A stretch of 64,000 nucleotides of DNA from TPA_inf: Saccharomyces. Taxonomy: Eukaryota. The DNA lies in NCBI GenBank assembly GCA_000146045.2, contig BK006939.2, positions 96,001 through 160,000 of the forward strand. Reading direction: 5' to 3'. Position 1 is the stretch's first letter, and each line of letters opens with the position of its first letter. The notes under the pieces were generated by a model that ran no database searches, had not been told where the DNA came from, and saw only the letters and a list, made by a program, of their open reading frames with translations. Shown here one piece after another: positions 22,617 through 32,824 of this stretch. Made by a program: the position numbers and the translations under genes.

Positions 22617-24299
22617 CTATAAACGCGGTTTATTCTGCCAGGCAAAGGCAATTTGCTTTTGTTCGCCAGGCTCAATGATAACGTTGATGACACTTGTTTC
22701 TCTTTTAGTCCGAGAAAGCTGCACGGCTTGTTGGAAGCATCTGCTCAGTTCGCTTATTGTGTTGACAAAAAAATCATTGGCACCCAGTCCTTTGCCTACG
22801 AGATCGTAACGGCAGTTCTTGCTTAGTGCCGTTGGAGGTAAATCACCCTCTATATCCTTTTCTCCATGGTAAATACCGCTATTGTTCATCACAACGATGA
22901 CCAATGCCAGCTGACACCTTACTGCCGTTTCAATTTCCATGGCAGAGAATCCAAATGCGGAATCACCCTGAATCAGCACCACATCGAGTTCCGGATGAGA
23001 TGCCTTGCATGCAAGAGCATATCCGAGCCCAATCCCCATAGTCGCGTTGGTCCCTGCGTCTAAACGGCGCCTTGGAGCGTCTGTAGGGAATGAAATACGC
23101 GCAATATCCATAGTATTTGCTCCCTCCGTCACAAGTATTGTCCTGTAATCATCGATAAGAGGCCTCAATGTTCCATAAACCTGGTTGTAATTCAATTGTG
23201 CCCCTCTAGTCTTCTCTTTCCTCAATAGACGAGTTTGATTCAGTTGAATTTTCTCTCGTATTTCTTGCTTAACACCACTATACTTCCAGCAGGAATCTTG
23301 GCGAGTCAATTCCTCAACTAAAGCGGTTACGCTCAAGCCTATATCTCCCCATATGGAAAGGTCAGCACCAGGTGAGACATTGTTATCCCCCAAGGTTTCG
23401 GGATTGGAATCGAACTGGATGAATATGGATTCTGAGTTCCATTTGGGTGAAGTACCAAAATGCAATATCCAGTTTAATCTTGCCCCGAGAACAAGAACAA
23501 TATCCGCTATTTTCAATGCTTGAGATCTTGCAGATGAAACGTTCAGTGGAGAAGAGTCTGGGACAATTCCCTTAGCCATTGGGGTGGGTAAAAATGGTAG
23601 ATTGAACGTATTTACTAGTCTGCGGATTTCGTGTGAGTTTTTTACCGCACCCTTTCCAATAACAATCAGAATATTTTTATTTTTATGTTGCAAAATAAGC
23701 TGTACGACTTTTTTGATCTTCGACGGATCAGGGCCACATATGTTTGGAGTTAATATCATCGGTAATTCATTTCCTGTACGGTCGTTTCCTTCTAAGGGTT
23801 TTTCATACTCAATAAAATCTGCAGGGACGTCTATGTAAGAAACCCCTGCAGTGCCTTGTATACAGTAATTCAAAGCCTTCTGAGTAATCATGTCAATATT
23901 GTCAGGGGTTAACTTTCCGGTAAACTTCAAAAATGGGGACAAAAGACTAACTTGATCCAACTCTTGAAACCCGCCTTTATGTATATCACTTTGAGAAGAA
24001 CTCCCTGCAATTACTAGAAGAGGCCACCTATTACTCATTGAGTTGTATATACCAGCCAGTGCGTGGATTAAACCGGGGCCCCCGACAATAAGTAACACGC
24101 CGGGCTTATCACTAATATAACCATAAGCAGAGGCTGCATATGAGGCAGCCTGTTCGTTCCTGCATGGAATGAATTTGATACCGTTGGCAACCATCGTATC
24201 CGCTAGTTGGACAATAGGGATGCCCACAATTCCAAAGACTGTGTCGATGCCATATTTTTGTAAAAGTTGAGCGAAGTGTTGGGTAGCGGTCGTGGTCAT
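22617..24299 (-). CDS. PXP1: Thiamine-pyrophosphate enzyme, 2-hydroxyacyl-CoA lyase/oxalyl-CoA decarboxylase-like (560 aa)
   Basis: ATG confirmed at 24299 (MTTTATQHFAQLL). The track's 602-aa form has an N-terminal extension. TPP-binding fold (GDSAFGFSAMEIETAVR...VMNNSGIY). Position matches YEL020C. Confidence 0.85.
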   Translation of the reverse strand: MTTTATQHFAQLLQKYGIDTVFGIVGIPIVQLADTMVANGIKFIPCRNEQAASYAASAYGYISDKPGVLLIVGGPGLIHALAGIYNSMSNRWPLLVIAGSSSQSDIHKGGFQELDQVSLLSPFLKFTGKLTPDNIDMITQKALNYCIQGTAGVSYIDVPADFIEYEKPLEGNDRTGNELPMILTPNICGPDPSKIKKVVQLILQHKNKNILIVIGKGAVKNSHEIRRLVNTFNLPFLPTPMAKGIVPDSSPLNVSSARSQALKIADIVLVLGARLNWILHFGTSPKWNSESIFIQFDSNPETLGDNNVSPGADLSIWGDIGLSVTALVEELTRQDSCWKYSGVKQEIREKIQLNQTRLLRKEKTRGAQLNYNQVYGTLRPLIDDYRTILVTEGANTMDIARISFPTDAPRRRLDAGTNATMGIGLGYALACKASHPELDVVLIQGDSAFGFSAMEIETAVRCQLALVIVVMNNSGIYHGEKDIEGDLPPTALSKNCRYDLVGKGLGANDFFVNTISELSRCFQQAVQLSRTKRETSVINVIIEPGEQKQIAFAWQNKPRL

Positions 24300-24497
24300 A
24301 TTGATGGATGGTTGTGACGGTTTGAATGTAGAGAGTATATTCTTCTTATCACATAAAAGTAACCAATGCCTTTTTTTTCCTTTATATATAATGTGGTTAT
24401 ATACCAACCTTTTGTAAATTTCCAACTTTTTTCTTTAGTTAGCTTTGCTTGAACTTCGGGCCGAAGGGCTCGGATAAGAGAAACAATAATTTTGTTT

Positions 24498-25301
24498 TCA
24501 TAAAACATCGATGGCTTGACTACTTCTTTTATCCTGTTCCTGAGATTCTTTCATCTTGGCGATCTTACACCTTAGTTCCATAATAGGGTCTCTTACAAAA
24601 TCCCTCATTGAAACGACTTGAGAACACGCTGCTTGCGGGCAATCTCTTGTCGTGTATCCTTGTAAATAGTTTTGAATGCCGTCTCTATCGAAGACGTGAT
24701 TACATTTTCTTGATATCAATGGTGCTTCGTAAGGTTTGCAGGTGATAGGACAAGTCAATTCAATTTTACCACCTTCTATTTGTAGATCGTCTTCGTCTGC
24801 GGGGTTTTGCAGATCCGGTATTACACAAGTTGGATCATTCCATATGTACGGCAACACTTTTAGTATCTTGAGTGTATCTGTGTTATTAACCATGGTTGCA
24901 GGCTCTGGTGTGGGCATATTTAGATATAATTCAGATAATTTGGGAGCGGTGAGTTCTCCGGTACGATATTTATCCCAGGTAGAAAGGTCGATTTGCGGAC
25001 AGGCATCTGAGGATTGTTTGAAATTTTTTTTTAAATCTTTAATATGTTCGTCAAATGAGTTGGATTCCGATTCGTATGTCGAGAGGAGTTTGTAGGTGCT
25101 AGTAATATCTGCGACCTGCTCTTCAATGCCGATGGTGGAAGGAGATGTAGAATCCACTAATTGATTTATGGTCTCATCAATTTGTTTGTAGCATTGTTGA
25201 TATATATTTGATAAGTCTCGGGCATGTAAATTATGGAAGTACTTACCTGATTTTGGGTGTAGAGGAACTGACTTGGGTATAGGATTATCGTTCAAGGCCA
25301 T
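24498..25301 (-). CDS. MMS21: SUMO E3 ligase, SP-RING subunit of the Smc5/6 complex (267 aa)
   Basis: ATG confirmed at 25301 (MALNDNPIPKS). SP-RING motif (CPITCKPYEAPLISRKCNHVFDRDGIQNYL). Confidence 0.88.
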   Translation of the reverse strand: MALNDNPIPKSVPLHPKSGKYFHNLHARDLSNIYQQCYKQIDETINQLVDSTSPSTIGIEEQVADITSTYKLLSTYESESNSFDEHIKDLKKNFKQSSDACPQIDLSTWDKYRTGELTAPKLSELYLNMPTPEPATMVNNTDTLKILKVLPYIWNDPTCVIPDLQNPADEDDLQIEGGKIELTCPITCKPYEAPLISRKCNHVFDRDGIQNYLQGYTTRDCPQAACSQVVSMRDFVRDPIMELRCKIAKMKESQEQDKRSSQAIDVL

Positions 25302-25470
25302 TTTTAAAGTTATTCTTTTTTTATATAGTCTTGCCTTGGTTTCTTTAACTGACACGATTATTTTAGCAAGTTTTTTTCTACACAGGAAAAGAGGAAGAAA
25401 ATAACCAGAGAAGCACTGGTAAAAAGATACTTCTGCGTGCCGGAGTAACCAGAATCAAAGGAACGCATAG

Positions 25471-26310
25471 ATGGATAAAGAGGTAAGTGAATTGGTAGTG
25501 TTGCAGCTAATACACACTTTAATTTCCAACAAGAATGAAGAACTGGTTAGGAACGGGGGAGGAATCAACATGATTGGGAATAATCTTCGAATATCGCTAG
25601 TCAAGTTGACTAACGAAATACAAAACAATTTGCTAATCAACGAGCTGACAAATTTAAGAAGGCAAAGCAACGTGGCAAATGGAAACAGGAAACTGGGCAT
25701 CAACGATATCCTGACCATAGTTAAGAATTTATTCCCAGAGTACAGAACAACACTAAACGATGGACAACTTAGTCTACACGGTTTGGAAATGCATGATATC
25801 GAGAAGCTCCTTGACGAAAAGTACGATCGATTCAAGAAAACGCAGGTCGAACAAATAAGGATGATGGAGGATGAGATATTGAAGAACGGTATAAAGACCG
25901 GTGCATCGCAACTGCAACCACATGCAAATGCTGGCAAAAGTGGATCTGCTGGTACCAGTGCTACTATAACTACGACTACGCCACACATGGCGCATTCAAT
26001 GGACCCAAAAAGAGAAAAACTATTGAAATTATACAGAGATACCGTTCTGAATAAATTGGAAAGTAAAACTGGGAATTTTCAGAAGCTATTCAAGAGTCCC
26101 GATGGTAGCATTATCAAGAATGAGATAAATTACGAAGACATAAAGAACGAAACGCCCGGCAGCGTTCATGAACTGCAGCTGATTCTTCAAAAGAGCATAA
26201 CGGACGGTGTAATGCGAAAGGTCATTGGTACGGACGACTGGAAATTGGCTAGACAAGTGCAGTTTGAATTGGATGATACGGTGCAGTTCATGAGAAGAGC
26301 ACTAGAGTAA
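25471..26310 (+). CDS. EAF5: NuA4 histone acetyltransferase subunit (279 aa)
   Basis: ATG at 25471. Length and position match YEL018W. Assignment rests on gene order. Confidence 0.75.
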   Translation: MDKEVSELVVLQLIHTLISNKNEELVRNGGGINMIGNNLRISLVKLTNEIQNNLLINELTNLRRQSNVANGNRKLGINDILTIVKNLFPEYRTTLNDGQLSLHGLEMHDIEKLLDEKYDRFKKTQVEQIRMMEDEILKNGIKTGASQLQPHANAGKSGSAGTSATITTTTPHMAHSMDPKREKLLKLYRDTVLNKLESKTGNFQKLFKSPDGSIIKNEINYEDIKNETPGSVHELQLILQKSITDGVMRKVIGTDDWKLARQVQFELDDTVQFMRRALE

Positions 26311-26797
26311 GGAGATAGTAGGCGACACTTCGAAAATCTAAAGTCTTGTAACATTACTATTATATACTATTTTATTAAAAAAATACACACACAATTCTTT
26401 AACAGAACAATATATAACAAATGAAGCGACATGTTTCTCAAAAAAAAACATAGTAGGTAGGTAAAAATGGGAAAGAACGGGACAAACAAAACGAAGAGCA
26501 GGGTGTATTTGCCCACACACGGCAAACAACATCCATTCACGCCCGCATGCCCAAAACTTTTTTGCGATAAAACGCCCACGCAAATCACATCGTTCCAACA
26601 GAGGAATCGAACAGCACAGATACAAAGTAGGAATATAGCACACACACAGGAAAAATTAATTAATTATTAGAAATTAAAAGGGTTGGGGAGAAAAGAGGTC
26701 TAATTTATTCATTAATATTCAGTAATTGAAAAAAAAAAAAAAAAGAGGATAACTAAGAGAAAACAACATCAAGCTCGTTTGGCTTGCTAGTGATCGC

Positions 26798-26923
26798 TTA
26801 GAATCTTTGTAAACCTCTTTGTCTAGCTTGCCATTTTCTGTAGATAATGGTAGAAATGATGGCGATACAAGCCAAACCGACTAGAATAAAAACTAAGATA
26901 ACACCACCTGGTAACGTGCTCAT
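26798..26923 (-). CDS. PMP2: Plasma-membrane H+-ATPase-associated proteolipid (41 codons)
   Basis: Below the ORF-track size cutoff. The minus-strand translation is MSTLPGGVILVFILVGLACIAI.STIIYRKWQARQRGLQRF, a single transmembrane helix followed by a basic tail. Confidence 0.8.
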   Translation of the reverse strand: MSTLPGGVILVFILVGLACIAIISTIIYRKWQARQRGLQRF

Positions 26924-27656
26924 CAACATCTTTGTATAATTGTTATTGTACTATTTATTGTTTTGTATGTATACGATGGAGAAAAAGAGAAAGGAAGAAG
27001 GAAGGACGAAAGAGAAAAAACTGGAAGGGAAGAAGAATTGATTTTATATTAACCAAGAGGAAGGAAAGGAAATTGAGTTGTGATTACGGAATTTTAGTTT
27101 TTTTCACTGTTTATTTAAACCAAAAGGTGTGGAAGAGAAAGAGAGAAAAAAGTTCTGTAATTCGTTAAGGAAATTAAGTATCCGCGCCGGAAAAATAGCG
27201 AGAGGTTTTTTTTGATGCAAAAGCTAGGGAGGGCTGCGGACGGATTTCGAAAACAGCTCAACAGCGTGGTGACGAGTTGCGTCAGGGTGTTGGCCAGTGC
27301 TACCGCGGGCGGCGCTGCACAGGGAGTAAGCAGAGCGGGCTAGAGCGCGGTTTTGGAGAGGGCCCGGGCTGCTGTGGTCGTAGGATTGCGGTAATTTAGT
27401 GGCTCGCCCTCGTTTGTCGTGCTTTTTCCGAGTTCCGAAACTCTTTCCCGAGCTGTTAATGTGCTAAAAGTGGTAAATCGTATATGATGATATACGTATA
27501 TGATGATAATTTCCTGCGCGCTACTTGCGTGCATTCGTCACTCATAACAAAAAGAACTACACAATACGTAAACAACGTGCGAAAATATCTATATACAAGG
27601 GGAGAAAACAAAAGTGAAAGTGCATTACAGCCCATCACAGATCATTATAATACAAT

Positions 27657-28670
27657 ATGCCGACCAAGTCAACTTTTAGTCGCTGGAAGAAGGCGGACCT
27701 AATTGACCTGGCCAACAAGCTGGAAATTGACGGCTTCCCCAATTATGCCAAGAAGAGTGATATGATCGATTACCTCGAATCGCACTTGAATCATCTTGAG
27801 AAACCTGTGGATTTTAAAGACGACTACCCGGAACTAAGGTCCTTTTATGAGTCGATGACAGTGGACCAGTCAAAGGATGAACGGAACGAATACGGATCCG
27901 GATCTGGAAACGGGTCTGGGTCTGGATCCTGTGACACCGCCACAAATGATTCCGATCTGGAGAAAGCGTACATCAAGGAGGATGATGATGAGAAACCGCA
28001 ATCAGGCGATGAAACAAGCGCGACAAAGCCGCTTTCCAGCAGGAATGCAAATTCAAACGCCAAAACGAACTTCAATTTGTTGGATTTTAGCACAGATAAC
28101 GACTCGTCCACCTCTGCGTTTACTAAGTTCAAGTTTAACTTTCAGGAATACCTCTCCGATATTAGATACCAAACGCAGAAATTGAATGAAAATGTTCAGG
28201 ACTATCTTTCCACTATTTCCGCCGTCGATACGATTTTTTCCTTGTTGGAATTCTCTTTTCTGGTGAGAAACATATTAGCCGCCGGGCAGCCAACTTCTTC
28301 TTCTTCGCTCGCATCGTCGCTGGAAGCCGCCGTTGCCGCCCATAATAAATATCAATACACGCTCGATTTCTGTTTACCAATACTCACGTGGCTGCTCTTC
28401 TTTAGGGGTATTCCAACGTTAGTGTCATACTACATCAACTTCATCCGCTACGACCTGAACATCGAGTTGGACCCGATGACTTTCAATCTCACGAAATTCT
28501 TGATTTCTTTGGCAATCTTCAAAACTTGTAATAATAAAAACATAGATTTCCATTCTTTTCGATGTGTTAACCAACTATGGACACAACTCTGTACAGTGAA
28601 CCGTTCCCTTGGTATGGTACCTCTAGTATTCTCCATGGTTAGTTGTCTCCTCACTCTATACGTATTATAG
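27657..28670 (+). CDS. GTT3: Protein of unknown function with a C-terminal transmembrane region (337 aa)
   Basis: ATG at 27657. Low-complexity GSGSGNGSGSGS stretch and hydrophobic C-terminal segments. Position matches YEL017W. Confidence 0.75.
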   Translation: MPTKSTFSRWKKADLIDLANKLEIDGFPNYAKKSDMIDYLESHLNHLEKPVDFKDDYPELRSFYESMTVDQSKDERNEYGSGSGNGSGSGSCDTATNDSDLEKAYIKEDDDEKPQSGDETSATKPLSSRNANSNAKTNFNLLDFSTDNDSSTSAFTKFKFNFQEYLSDIRYQTQKLNENVQDYLSTISAVDTIFSLLEFSFLVRNILAAGQPTSSSSLASSLEAAVAAHNKYQYTLDFCLPILTWLLFFRGIPTLVSYYINFIRYDLNIELDPMTFNLTKFLISLAIFKTCNNKNIDFHSFRCVNQLWTQLCTVNRSLGMVPLVFSMVSCLLTLYVL

Positions 28671-28736
28671 TATATTTTCTTACATACGTATACACACGCG
28701 TACGTAAGCCGCGAAGTGTGTATTTACTACTCTGTA

Positions 28737-30218
28737 TTATTGTAATAAACTCTTCTCCTTCTTTGTCTTTTCTTCTCCCAAAAGCGCACTTGCCTTGATC
28801 AGCATATTGTATACTTCGATGTTTTCAAATGGAGGTACGACTTCATTGTTGAACATCGGACCCATTCCAATGAATATAGATGCCATATCACTACAGTTGT
28901 TAAAGTTGTATCCATGTGTGCCCATAATGCCGATAGGCACATCACCCATTTCTTTTACAATGGCGTAGTATTCATCTGCGAGAATCCAGATATCGCCGAC
29001 CCTATCGTCATATCTGTGCTTTCTGTTATCGTATTGGAAATATTTCCAGCTCGGGTCGAAATCTTCTTTCAGGATCACGTGAAACTTCCTCGATATTTCA
29101 TCTCCATATGCTTTCTCTAACTGAGCTTCAATCAAGTCACAAATCCATTGCTTGTCTCGAGGGTTTTTCAAACATACCATCATCATGGGGCCCTCGTTAT
29201 AAAGATGCGAAATAAATGCGCTCATTGCGTCGGCCGGGAACACCCTTTCCCACACAACAACATGCTCACCGTCATTCGCGTTGACATTGCTCATGCCATG
29301 GTCACTAACAATCATAACATTGCTAATTTTCAACAAGTTTCTTTTTTGCAGGCCTTCAATCAAATCGAGAAAGAATCCATCGACTTCACCGATCAGCTTT
29401 TGTAGCCGCTTATCTCGTAAATCGTATCCAAAACTGTGTCCGTACGAATCAACATTGGGTATATAACTTATGACCAATTCTGGCCTATCTTTAAGCTGAG
29501 GCATATCTATGTATCGGAAAATTTGAGCTAATTTATCTTGAAGTTTTTCCCATTGATTGAATTTCCCAAAATAAAATGGCATTCTTTCCCTAGGTACATC
29601 CCCGTGGTCCTCATACACAACCTCACTTCCAGGCCACATATGCGTGGCCACTTTATATTCGCCTTGCGATTCAGTTTGCAGTAGTTGCCAAATAGGGTCA
29701 GCCGTGTTGCTCCAAATTCTTGCGTCGAGGTTATTTGGTCTAAATTCGCTACTCGTGAAATTATCCCAGAATATATTGGAAACAATACCGTGCTCAATGG
29801 GATATTTTCCCGTTACCATGCTCCAGTGGTTGGGAAATGTCTGAGTGGGAAAACTTGGGATCATATACGGTGCAGTCGTGATATTCATATCGTACGGGGA
29901 CCGCAAATTGTGCAAGTTGTAAAGAAATGGCGTGTATTTTGCATCTATCAATCTCGGATGGAACCCATCGATAGATATCAATATCGTTAACGTCTTGAAA
30001 TCATGTGTGCCGTTGAAGTAAGTATTTGATCTATTCGCAATTGTCCGGGGCCCATTATCAATAGGTTTTGGGCACTTCGAATATAAAAGCAACTCAATGA
30101 GTATTATACCGCAAAGCAAAAGTTTCAATAAAAAATGTCGTGATATTGCGAAAGGTTTTATGTTCGTATCATCTTCATTATTTTTTTCAAGGTCAACAGG
30201 TTGCTCGAAAAGAAGCAT
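28737..30218 (-). CDS. NPP2: Ecto-nucleotide pyrophosphatase/phosphodiesterase, type II membrane protein (493 aa)
   Basis: ATG confirmed at 30218. ENPP/alkaline-phosphatase-superfamily core (ISIDGFHP ... VSDHGM). N-terminal signal anchor. Confidence 0.88.
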   Translation of the reverse strand: MLLFEQPVDLEKNNEDDTNIKPFAISRHFLLKLLLCGIILIELLLYSKCPKPIDNGPRTIANRSNTYFNGTHDFKTLTILISIDGFHPRLIDAKYTPFLYNLHNLRSPYDMNITTAPYMIPSFPTQTFPNHWSMVTGKYPIEHGIVSNIFWDNFTSSEFRPNNLDARIWSNTADPIWQLLQTESQGEYKVATHMWPGSEVVYEDHGDVPRERMPFYFGKFNQWEKLQDKLAQIFRYIDMPQLKDRPELVISYIPNVDSYGHSFGYDLRDKRLQKLIGEVDGFFLDLIEGLQKRNLLKISNVMIVSDHGMSNVNANDGEHVVVWERVFPADAMSAFISHLYNEGPMMMVCLKNPRDKQWICDLIEAQLEKAYGDEISRKFHVILKEDFDPSWKYFQYDNRKHRYDDRVGDIWILADEYYAIVKEMGDVPIGIMGTHGYNFNNCSDMASIFIGMGPMFNNEVVPPFENIEVYNMLIKASALLGEEKTKKEKSLLQ

Positions 30219-30628
30219 ATCGTAAGCACACTTCGAAATGGCCTTCTTTGTTATTTCGAAACTGTTTTGTGGCCTGCGTGTTTAATGAACCCTGGTATCA
30301 AGCGTCACAGTCATATAAAGCCTTAAATTATCTTCCATCAACGCACAGTAAACCGTCTAATTGATAGAAAAACTCTCAACCCAGTTATCGAGTGTCGCTA
30401 CACTCTATTGTAATTAGCTGCAATCATCTTGTTTATTAATTATGTCATTTTATTACCCTGGATTTGAAGCCCGTCTCTTTTTCCGCTTGTTTTTTTTTTT
30501 TCAATCGCTGAGAAATAGAAAGAAAACATAGTTAGCTCGAATAGTTTAGTCAAAAGGCCTACTATTGACTGCTTTTTCTGCAAATCCATGCTCTCAAGAC
30601 AATACAGTAATTCGTAAAAGAAACCATA

Positions 30629-32284
30629 ATGTCACAATTTGTTGGTTTCGGAGTACAAGTGGAGCTAAAAGATGGGAAGCTCATTCAGGGGAAAATTGCC
30701 AAAGCAACCTCAAAAGGATTGACTTTAAATGACGTTCAATTCGGCGATGGTGGTAAATCTCAAGCTTTCAAAGTGAGGGCGTCAAGGCTAAAGGACTTAA
30801 AGGTTCTAACTGTTGCCTCTCAATCCGGGAAAAGGAAGCAGCAAAGACAACAGCAGCAACAAAACGATTATAATCAAAATCGCGGTGAACATATTGATTG
30901 GCAAGATGATGATGTTAGTAAGATAAAACAACAGGAAGATTTCGATTTCCAAAGAAATTTGGGCATGTTTAACAAAAAAGACGTCTTCGCACAATTAAAG
31001 CAAAATGACGATATATTACCGGAGAATAGATTACAGGGACATAACAGAAAGCAAACCCAATTGCAGCAAAATAATTATCAAAATGATGAATTGGTTATTC
31101 CAGATGCAAAGAAAGATTCATGGAACAAGATTTCTTCAAGAAATGAGCAAAGCACACACCAATCTCAGCCGCAACAAGATGCTCAAGATGATCTGGTTTT
31201 GGAAGATGATGAACATGAATACGATGTCGATGATATCGATGATCCCAAATACCTACCAATAACTCAGTCTTTGAATATTACACATTTAATTCACTCTGCA
31301 ACTAACTCTCCATCCATAAATGATAAAACGAAAGGTACAGTTATAAATGATAAGGATCAGGTACTAGCTAAATTAGGCCAGATGATCATCAGCCAGTCAA
31401 GATCCAACTCAACATCCTTGCCAGCTGCAAATAAACAAACAACCATCAGATCAAAGAACACTAAGCAGAACATTCCTATGGCTACACCAGTACAACTACT
31501 AGAAATGGAGAGCATCACGTCCGAATTTTTCAGTATTAACTCGGCAGGGCTACTAGAAAATTTTGCTGTAAACGCATCGTTCTTCTTAAAGCAGAAACTA
31601 GGTGGCCGTGCACGTTTACGTTTACAAAATTCTAATCCGGAACCTTTAGTAGTAATACTAGCCTCAGATTCCAACAGATCTGGTGCGAAAGCTCTGGCGT
31701 TGGGTAGACATCTTTGCCAAACGGGGCATATCCGTGTCATAACATTATTTACATGTTCTCAAAATGAACTACAGGATTCCATGGTCAAAAAGCAAACAGA
31801 TATTTACAAGAAGTGTGGCGGAAAAATTGTTAATAGTGTATCGTCGCTGGAATCTGCTATGGAAACATTAAATAGCCCTGTAGAAATAGTCATCGATGCC
31901 ATGCAGGGATATGACTGTACATTGAGCGATCTGGCGGGGACGTCGGAAGTTATTGAAAGCAGAATTAAAAGCATGATATCATGGTGTAACAAACAGCGAG
32001 GATCTACTAAAGTGTGGTCTTTGGATATTCCAAATGGGTTTGATGCGGGATCCGGCATGCCAGATATTTTCTTTTCAGACAGGATTGAAGCAACAGGAAT
32101 TATTTGTTCTGGCTGGCCTTTGATTGCCATCAACAACTTAATTGCAAATTTGCCAAGTCTAGAAGATGCTGTTTTGATTGATATAGGTATACCACAGGGC
32201 GCCTATTCACAGAGAACTTCTTTGCGTAAGTTCCAAAACTGTGATCTTTTCGTCACTGACGGGTCCCTGCTATTAGATTTGTAA
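30629..32284 (+). CDS. EDC3: Enhancer of mRNA decapping with Lsm, FDF and YjeF-N domains (551 aa)
   Basis: ATG at 30629. N-terminal Lsm-like fold (FVGFGVQVELKDGKLIQGKI), a Gln-rich linker and a C-terminal YjeF-N domain. Confidence 0.9.
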   Translation: MSQFVGFGVQVELKDGKLIQGKIAKATSKGLTLNDVQFGDGGKSQAFKVRASRLKDLKVLTVASQSGKRKQQRQQQQQNDYNQNRGEHIDWQDDDVSKIKQQEDFDFQRNLGMFNKKDVFAQLKQNDDILPENRLQGHNRKQTQLQQNNYQNDELVIPDAKKDSWNKISSRNEQSTHQSQPQQDAQDDLVLEDDEHEYDVDDIDDPKYLPITQSLNITHLIHSATNSPSINDKTKGTVINDKDQVLAKLGQMIISQSRSNSTSLPAANKQTTIRSKNTKQNIPMATPVQLLEMESITSEFFSINSAGLLENFAVNASFFLKQKLGGRARLRLQNSNPEPLVVILASDSNRSGAKALALGRHLCQTGHIRVITLFTCSQNELQDSMVKKQTDIYKKCGGKIVNSVSSLESAMETLNSPVEIVIDAMQGYDCTLSDLAGTSEVIESRIKSMISWCNKQRGSTKVWSLDIPNGFDAGSGMPDIFFSDRIEATGIICSGWPLIAINNLIANLPSLEDAVLIDIGIPQGAYSQRTSLRKFQNCDLFVTDGSLLLDL

Positions 32285-32824
32285 ACCAAGAATTACTTTA
32301 GCCTAAACTGGATACATACGTATAAGCATACGGTAAGGAAGTGGGATCTGTAGCGGTAATGCAATAATGTGTTGGCTCTCACAAATATGAAAACTGCGAA
32401 CATCTATATAATAAGGTAACGGTATAACAGAAAAATCTGAATAATTTCTCTTTCCCGGGTAATGAGCCCTTAAGGAGGACTCAAAACGAAAAGGAAAAAA
32501 ATACGAGTGGAAAGAAAAAATGAACCCTTTCCAGTAATTGATAATAATACAATCATTCATTATTAGAAATATATTAGTTCTCAATTCAAGGCAGAATAGT
32601 GCTGTCATTGTGATCAAATTTTTGTGTGAGTCTGCTTTGCTTTCTGTTTTTTTTTGTTGACTCGCTGTTCAATCTCCTACTTTTCCTTTTGTTGTTAAAA
32701 TAAGGTATTATATATTTATACAACCCTATAAAAAGCAATTAGCCAATTTCCAATCCTACGAAGACAGGAACTGAGCAAACTATAAGGGTGTTCTTTCTTC
32801 TGTACTATATATACATTTGCAACT

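Noticed and set aside
25455-25988. 177-aa minus-strand Cys/Ser-rich ORF overlapping EAF5
   Set aside because: It is antisense to the EAF5 coding sequence and corresponds to the type of dubious ORF (YEL018C-A-like) without support.
27181-27440. Considered whether the GC-rich block is SCR1 (7SL RNA), which is also on chromosome V
   Set aside because: SCR1 lies far away on the right arm, and no SRP Alu/S-domain motifs are apparent here. It is kept only as an unexplained GC island.
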